DNA of 64,000 nucleotides from Limnothrix sp. BL-A-16 (GTDB lineage Bacteria > Cyanobacteriota > Cyanobacteriia > CACIAM-69d): contig CP166615.1 in NCBI GenBank assembly GCA_041937175.2, positions 3,136,001 through 3,200,000 of the forward strand, in the 5' to 3' direction. The position numbers and the translations under genes are program-made. The notes beneath the pieces were generated by a model that was given only the letters and a program-made list of their open reading frames with translations, made no database searches and was not told where the DNA came from. Below, piece after piece: positions 58,670 to 64,000 of this stretch. Numbering within the stretch: position 1 is the first letter of the stretch; every line of letters starts with the position of its first letter.

Positions 58670-61558
58670 CTAGCAAAGGGGATGGCGAGCCGATTGGGAA
58701 CGGGGCAAGGAACGAATGGCCGGTGGCAATCCGGCATTGAGAAACAGACCGGCTTCCTCGGCGGGCACGGCTCTGGAGAATAAATAGCCCTGGCCAAAGC
58801 CGCAGCCCAAGTCTCGCAGGTGATCAATTTGGGGCTGGGTTTCAATGCCCTCGGCAATGACGCTGAGGCCCAAATCGTTGGCTAAACCGATGACGGCACG
58901 GACGATCGCCGCGTCGCGCTGATTTTCGAGCATGGCTTGAATGAACGATCGCTCGATTTTGATCGAGTCGATCGGGAATTCCCGCAAATAGTTGAGGGAG
59001 CAGTAGCCCGTGCCAAAGTCATCGAGGCAAATTTTAATCCGCCGTTCCCGCAGTCGATCGAGACAGGCACGGCTGGCGTTGGGATCCAGCGCCAAGGAGG
59101 TTTCGGTGATCTCTAGGCGCAGTTCATAGCCTTCCAGGTCGTAGGCATCCATCAGCACTTCAATCAGGTCGGCCAATTCGGGAACCAGTTGCCGGGCCGA
59201 AAGGTTGACATTCACCCAAATGGGGAACACTTCGGGCATTTGGGTTTTCCAGATGGCAATTTGCTTGCAAGCGGACTGCAACACCCAATTCCCGATCGGG
59301 ACGATCGCCCCGCGATCTTCCGCTAACCCAATGAAAGAAGCGGGCATCATTAACCCGTGGCGCGGGTGTTGCCAACGAATCAGGCTTTCAAACCCCACAA
59401 TCGATCGGGAGTCGAGGGAAACAATCGGTTGGTAATGCAAACAAAATTCCCGCCGCTCGATCGCCCAGCGCAAATCCGTTTCCAGTTGCAAGAGCTGTTC
59501 CGTGTCCGATTGCAGGGCCGCATCAAAAATCACAAAACTGCCATTTCGCTGTTGTTTGGCCCGATGCAAGGCCGCATCCGCATCGCGCAAAATCCGATAG
59601 GGTTGGTCGGGGCGCGAATCTCCGTGGGAATCGGGGCGGCAAACAATGCCCATGCTCGCTTGCAAAAACACATCACGCCCATCCACCACAAAGGGATCGC
59701 GAAACACATCCTGAAGGCGGTGGGCGGCGGCCTTGGCGGCGGCCAACTGCCCCTCGTCGGAGGTGGCGGCGGACTCCACCAACACCACAAACTCATCACC
59801 CCCCGTGCGAGCCAGCACGTAATCGGGGGAAATGGCCTTTTCCAAACGGCCCGCCAGCATCATCAGCAGCCGATCGCCCACCCAATAGCCCAGACTGTTG
59901 TTAATCCGTTTGAAGCCGTCAATATCCAAGAACAACAACACAAAGCGAAACTGCGGATCGCGCCGCCCCCGAGACACCGCTTCCACCAACCGCTCCAAAA
60001 ACCAAGACCGATTCCACAGGCCCGTCAGCACATCATGGGAGGAGTTGTATTGCAATTGGGCTTCTACCCATTTGCGGGAGGTGATGTCTAGCAGGCATCC
60101 TTCGTAATAGAGCAATCGTCCGTTGCGATCGCGCACGGCTTGGGCCCGTTGATCCACCCAAATGCGTTGGCCGTCTTGGCAATAGACCTGACATTCAAAG
60201 TTGCAAGCATCCTGACTTTGTTCCAACAGCTCTAGGAAGCGCACTTCATCGGCCGGGCGCACGTAGAGGCGGCGATCGGTGGCATTCAGGGCCCGCAGGG
60301 CCGCCTCAGGAGACTCATAGCCCAAAATGGCCGCAAAGGCAGGATTGGCATGGAGATAGCGACCATCGGGAGACACCTGAAAAATCCCCTCGATCGCCCG
60401 TTCAAATAGGTTGCGGTAGCGGGCTTCGGCCTGTTTGTGCTGCAAAATGGGCCCCAGTTGGGCGGTGACGATCGCCAACCGGTTCAGCAAGGTTAAGTCC
60501 CGCTCTCGGGGGCTGGTGGCAAACAAAGTCAGCACCGCCAACACATGATCGCCGGTCAGAATGGGCAACACCACGCTCGATCGCAAGCCCACCCCCAGGG
60601 CCATTTGGCTGCGGCTGCAATGGTCGATCGACTCCAGCTCATAGTTGCTGATCCATTCCGGGCGTTTGGTTTGCCAAACTCGTCCCGGTGGCTGGCAACC
60701 CAGTTTCAGGGTCAAATCCAAGCTAGCCTGCCGAAACAAGTTCACCCCCTCGATCGCACAGAACCAAGCGGGGCTGCAAACCAACGACGCACCATCTAGG
60801 CTGGGCACCCAAGCTTCGCCCGCAACCCAGCCGGTTTCTTGGCCCAACACTTGCAACGCTTCTTCCAAAGCGGAGTCAAAATCAGCCGCTGCACTGGTCA
60901 CGGCCACAACCCGGTTCCACAAATCGGCATAGGCCGGGGATTGGGCTTCGGCTAAGGATGAAGCTGCCGCCTCTGCAACGGTGGAAGGGCAAGATTCCGC
61001 ACTGGCTGCACCACCCATGGGCCCCATGGAACGGTTGCCCCCCTGCACCACCCCATCCCCCAACGCCTCAGGATTGGCATGGGCCAGAAAACGGGGCAAT
61101 CGGAGCGATCGGGGAAATTGGGGCGATCGAACCCGAGGCCAGCGCCACCGGCCCAACGAACCAGGAACCGCCCCCAAGGAATCCGCCGCCATCAGGCTTG
61201 GATCCAACACCTTCAGCAGGCGATGGCGCAAGAGGCGATCGCTCAGCCACAGCACCAGGGACAAACCCGTTAAGCCCAGGGGGCCCCACAATTCCGTGTA
61301 GGGGCTGCGAGGCGGCAATTCTGCGGGCCAAGGGGTTGTGGGCGTTGGGCCTGTTCCCAAATCTCGGGGCGATCGCGCCATGGCCGATCGCCCCACCCCC
61401 TCAACACAACCCAAGCAGACCACCAAGGCCACAGCCAGCCCTAACGGGAGAACCGATCGTTGCGGACGACTTTTACCCCCCGGCCGCCGGATTCGGCAGC
61501 TCGATCGGTGATTTTGTTGACTGCGCACTACACCCCAACCATTTCGTCCTTGAGTCAT
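58670..61558 (-). CDS. GAF-PAS-GGDEF-EAL c-di-GMP enzyme
   Basis: GAF (PGRVW), PAS, HDVLTGLWNR, ARTGGDEF, ESLIRWQHP, LDDFGTGY, AEGIET; start uncertain. Confidence 0.93.
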   Translation of the reverse strand: MTQGRNGWGVVRSQQNHRSSCRIRRPGGKSRPQRSVLPLGLAVALVVCLGCVEGVGRSAMARSPRDLGTGPTPTTPWPAELPPRSPYTELWGPLGLTGLSLVLWLSDRLLRHRLLKVLDPSLMAADSLGAVPGSLGRWRWPRVRSPQFPRSLRLPRFLAHANPEALGDGVVQGGNRSMGPMGGAASAESCPSTVAEAAASSLAEAQSPAYADLWNRVVAVTSAAADFDSALEEALQVLGQETGWVAGEAWVPSLDGASLVCSPAWFCAIEGVNLFRQASLDLTLKLGCQPPGRVWQTKRPEWISNYELESIDHCSRSQMALGVGLRSSVVLPILTGDHVLAVLTLFATSPRERDLTLLNRLAIVTAQLGPILQHKQAEARYRNLFERAIEGIFQVSPDGRYLHANPAFAAILGYESPEAALRALNATDRRLYVRPADEVRFLELLEQSQDACNFECQVYCQDGQRIWVDQRAQAVRDRNGRLLYYEGCLLDITSRKWVEAQLQYNSSHDVLTGLWNRSWFLERLVEAVSRGRRDPQFRFVLLFLDIDGFKRINNSLGYWVGDRLLMMLAGRLEKAISPDYVLARTGGDEFVVLVESAATSDEGQLAAAKAAAHRLQDVFRDPFVVDGRDVFLQASMGIVCRPDSHGDSRPDQPYRILRDADAALHRAKQQRNGSFVIFDAALQSDTEQLLQLETDLRWAIERREFCLHYQPIVSLDSRSIVGFESLIRWQHPRHGLMMPASFIGLAEDRGAIVPIGNWVLQSACKQIAIWKTQMPEVFPIWVNVNLSARQLVPELADLIEVLMDAYDLEGYELRLEITETSLALDPNASRACLDRLRERRIKICLDDFGTGYCSLNYLREFPIDSIKIERSFIQAMLENQRDAAIVRAVIGLANDLGLSVIAEGIETQPQIDHLRDLGCGFGQGYLFSRAVPAEEAGLFLNAGLPPAIRSLPRSQSARHPLC

Positions 61559-61766
61559 GCCTGCCCCTACTTATCAGCGACATCAGCCCTAGTTTTGGTA
61601 ATCCCGGGCCGTCGTTTTTGAGTGCTAGCCAGCCATCGCTCATCGATCGTCTACCCCATGGTCGATCGGGAATAACCCAACCAACGCTTTGCAGAATTGG
61701 CGAAAAATCGATTGGCGTTTGGGATTAGCGTTCAATTTTTCGCGCCCAGCTTTTAGTGTCCTCTAT

Positions 61767-62858
61767 TTAAATTGTGACCTTCAAAGCATGATCTTTGGCC
61801 AGTCGTTGATCGCGCCGCACCAACCGACCGTTAAACCCAACAATTTCCCGAGGTAGCTGATCATCACGCAGGGAGCGGAAAGGATTGAGTTGATAACTGC
61901 TATACCGCAAATTGGGAGATCCAAACCGTGCATCAATGACGGTCAAAGTACGGATTGGAGTGCTAGAGGTGCCCAGCCACGATCGCGCACCGCCTCCCAA
62001 ACATCCCAGGTGTAATAGATCGACCGTACCCATGCGCGCCGGAAAGTAAGCATGGTGATGGCCCGTGATGTAGGCCGTGACTTGGGCCCGTTCCAAGAGC
62101 GATTGCACTTGGGTGGTGTCTCGCAACACATTTCCCGGCTGGTTGCGTTGGGGAGTAACCGCATGGAGTGGCATATGACCCAACAACAATCGCACCTGGG
62201 CTGCTCGGCCGACTTCTGAGGTAAACAACTGCTCAGCCCGTAATAATTGTTCCGTACTAATGACGGGCCCCGAAGCATCCCAGGAGACAATTAGGGCATT
62301 TCCCATCCGAAATGCATAAAAAAAAGGGAACCAGGCATCATCCACCCAGTCCCAATTCATTGTTGATCGCTGCCTTCGCCAATAGGCTGCGGCTTCGTTT
62401 CGATCGAGTGCATATTTAAAAGTTCGATCGGGCAAGGTGATGTTTGAAGCGTCGTGATTGCCCAAGGTGAACGCAAAGGGAATCCCCCCTTGGCGCAGCG
62501 GTTGATAGATGGTGCGATCGAAACCGGCCCACATGGCTTGGAACTGCGATCGGGTGAGGCCCAGCTTTTGGCCCGCCACCATGTCCCCGCCACAAACCAC
62601 CAAATCCGGCTGCCAGCGCTGAATCAGGGCGATCGCCTGATGAACCTCCGCGCGGTAATCCGTTTCGCCATAGCCATTGTTCAGATCGCTGATGGCAATG
62701 ATCCGCAAATCACCCCGATCGGGTGGGGGCGTTTGCTCCAAATTGGGAGGACTTTGGGCCCAGGTGCGATCGGCCCGTTGCAGCCAGGTCGCCGCCCCCG
62801 TGGCCAGCACACCACCGGTCAATAGATTTTGAACAAACTGACGACGGGATTGAGTCAC
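61767..62858 (-). CDS. Tat-exported calcineurin-like metallophosphoesterase
   Basis: SRRQF Tat motif; ISDLN, GGDMV, GNHD, GHHH. Confidence 0.9.
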   Translation of the reverse strand: MTQSRRQFVQNLLTGGVLATGAATWLQRADRTWAQSPPNLEQTPPPDRGDLRIIAISDLNNGYGETDYRAEVHQAIALIQRWQPDLVVCGGDMVAGQKLGLTRSQFQAMWAGFDRTIYQPLRQGGIPFAFTLGNHDASNITLPDRTFKYALDRNEAAAYWRRQRSTMNWDWVDDAWFPFFYAFRMGNALIVSWDASGPVISTEQLLRAEQLFTSEVGRAAQVRLLLGHMPLHAVTPQRNQPGNVLRDTTQVQSLLERAQVTAYITGHHHAYFPARMGTVDLLHLGCLGGGARSWLGTSSTPIRTLTVIDARFGSPNLRYSSYQLNPFRSLRDDQLPREIVGFNGRLVRRDQRLAKDHALKVTI

Positions 62859-62888
62859 AATGACGGCCTCTGGGGGGTAATCAACCGT

Positions 62889-62950
62889 GATTGATTAACT
62901 TGCTTGATTAACTTGACTGATTAACTTGACTGATTAACTTGCTTGATTAA
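62889..62950. repeat. Short tandem repeat (TGATTAACTTG-cored, ~13-bp units)
   Basis: tgattaacttgct tgattaacttgac tgattaacttgac tgattaacttgct tgattaa. Confidence 0.8.
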
Positions 62951-63552
62951 TTTTCGGTGGAGCCAGTCACCTCCGGCCGCAAGACTCCGCGAATGCCCAC
63001 CAGAATTTGATCCACCACTTGGGCGGGGGACTGCTCCGGCTCGATCGCCACTTGCAAGTCCGCTTGGGCATATTGGGCCGATCGACGATCGCGCAATTCC
63101 GCCAAGGCCGCCACCGGGTCGGACGACTGCAACAGGGGCCGCTGGGCAATTTCGGCCGGATCCGCCTGCAAGCGGCCCACGATCGTTTCCAGGGCTGGAT
63201 CTAACCAAATCACCAATCCATGGCGCAAATAACCCCAATTTTCCGGTTGGGTGACAATGCCGCCCCCGGTTGCCACCACCAATCGCTTATAGGCGGACAG
63301 TTGCGCCAAAACCTGAGTTTCCAGTTGGCGAAAGGCCGCCTCGCCTTCGGTAGCAAAAATTTGGGCGATCGACTGGCCCGCAGCCTGCTCAATCAACTGA
63401 TCTGTGTCAAAAAAGCGATAATCCAGGGCGGCAGCTAACTGGCGGCCGGTGCTGCTTTTTCCTGACCCCATTAGCCCGACTAAATACAGACTGGTGCCAC
63501 GAATCAAGGTGGCGAGATGTTGGGGATTGGGTGGATCGGAAAAGTCAGTCAT
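62947..63552 (-). CDS. aroK: Shikimate kinase
   Basis: [36 protein letters not shown]. Confidence 0.96.
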   Translation of the reverse strand: MTDFSDPPNPQHLATLIRGTSLYLVGLMGSGKSSTGRQLAAALDYRFFDTDQLIEQAAGQSIAQIFATEGEAAFRQLETQVLAQLSAYKRLVVATGGGIVTQPENWGYLRHGLVIWLDPALETIVGRLQADPAEIAQRPLLQSSDPVAALAELRDRRSAQYAQADLQVAIEPEQSPAQVVDQILVGIRGVLRPEVTGSTEN

Positions 63553-63664
63553 GGGACAAGGCAAAAAATGGTGCGGTCTATCGTGCGGTTGCTATAGAAC
63601 ACGATAAGGCAGGACAGAACAAGCCAGAACTAGACAAAATTAGACAAAACTACGAACCAGATCA

Positions 63665-64000
63665 ATGAATCACTCAGAAAGTCTGTGGGGGGCGGCTTGG
63701 CGACGATTTTGTCGCGATCGGCTGGCCCTGTTTGGGCTAATTTGCCTGGGGGCGATCGGGTTGGCGGCCCTGGTGGGCCCGTGGCTCTATCCCCTTTCGC
63801 CCACGGACTTGGACTATGGCCGCGCCTACCAAGGCCCCAGCCTGGCCCATTGGTTGGGCACGAACGATCGGGGGCAGGATTTGTTGGCGCGGGTGCTGTC
63901 CGGTGGGCGGGTGTCCCTGACGGTGGGCATTGCCTCGATGCTGGTGGCGGTCACCCTGGGCACGACGATCGGGGCGGTGGCGGGGTTCTATGGCGGCTGG
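63665..64000 (+). CDS. Peptide ABC transporter permease (DppC/OppC-like), 5' part
   Basis: Translated by hand: AWRRFCRDRLALFG...PSLAHWLGTNDRGQDLLARVLSGGRVSLTVG...GAVAGFYGGW; runs off the window. Confidence 0.9.
   Translation, partial: MNHSESLWGAAWRRFCRDRLALFGLICLGAIGLAALVGPWLYPLSPTDLDYGRAYQGPSLAHWLGTNDRGQDLLARVLSGGRVSLTVGIASMLVAVTLGTTIGAVAGFYGGW

Larger units (their letters stand above)
1..64000. repeat. HIP1 octamer (GCGATCGC) dispersed throughout
   Basis: Very many GCGATCGC/CGATCG occurrences in coding and intergenic DNA; hallmark of many cyanobacteria. Confidence 0.95.

Overview
64 kb of a GC-rich cyanobacterial chromosome. HIP1 (GCGATCGC) octamers are very dense, and the genes include vipp1, hik2, ycf20 and xisH/xisI. 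Most of the window is housekeeping and signalling: ilvB 3' end, LCP, PMT, adenylate cyclase, Hik2, ispE, thiL, CYP38-like PPIase, efp, accB, Rrf2-cysK, ald, menB, pspA-vipp1-trx, glmM, GH57, a histidine kinase, a GGDEF-EAL protein, aroK and an ABC permease start. Two accessory/conflict loci stand out. (1) At 50520-53119, a 165-aa helical ORF ends on an A_AAA_AAG slippery heptamer followed by an 8-bp GC-rich hairpin, in front of a -1-frame STAND (NB-ARC)-TPR ORF with no convincing start of its own. This looks like a programmed -1 ribosomal frameshift that makes both a free N-terminal domain and an 866-aa bacterial NLR-like fusion. (2) At 38.6-47.5 kb, a toxin-antitoxin-rich island centres on a TPR-CHAT (caspase-like) protease with eleven 138-bp repeats. 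Downstream lies a translationally coupled pair (Zn-ribbon small protein plus multi-TM protein) that may be its substrate/effector module. Several MITE, REP/REPIN and palindromic repeat families are also present. No rRNA, tRNA or CRISPR array was seen. All product calls are from motif recognition, not database searches.
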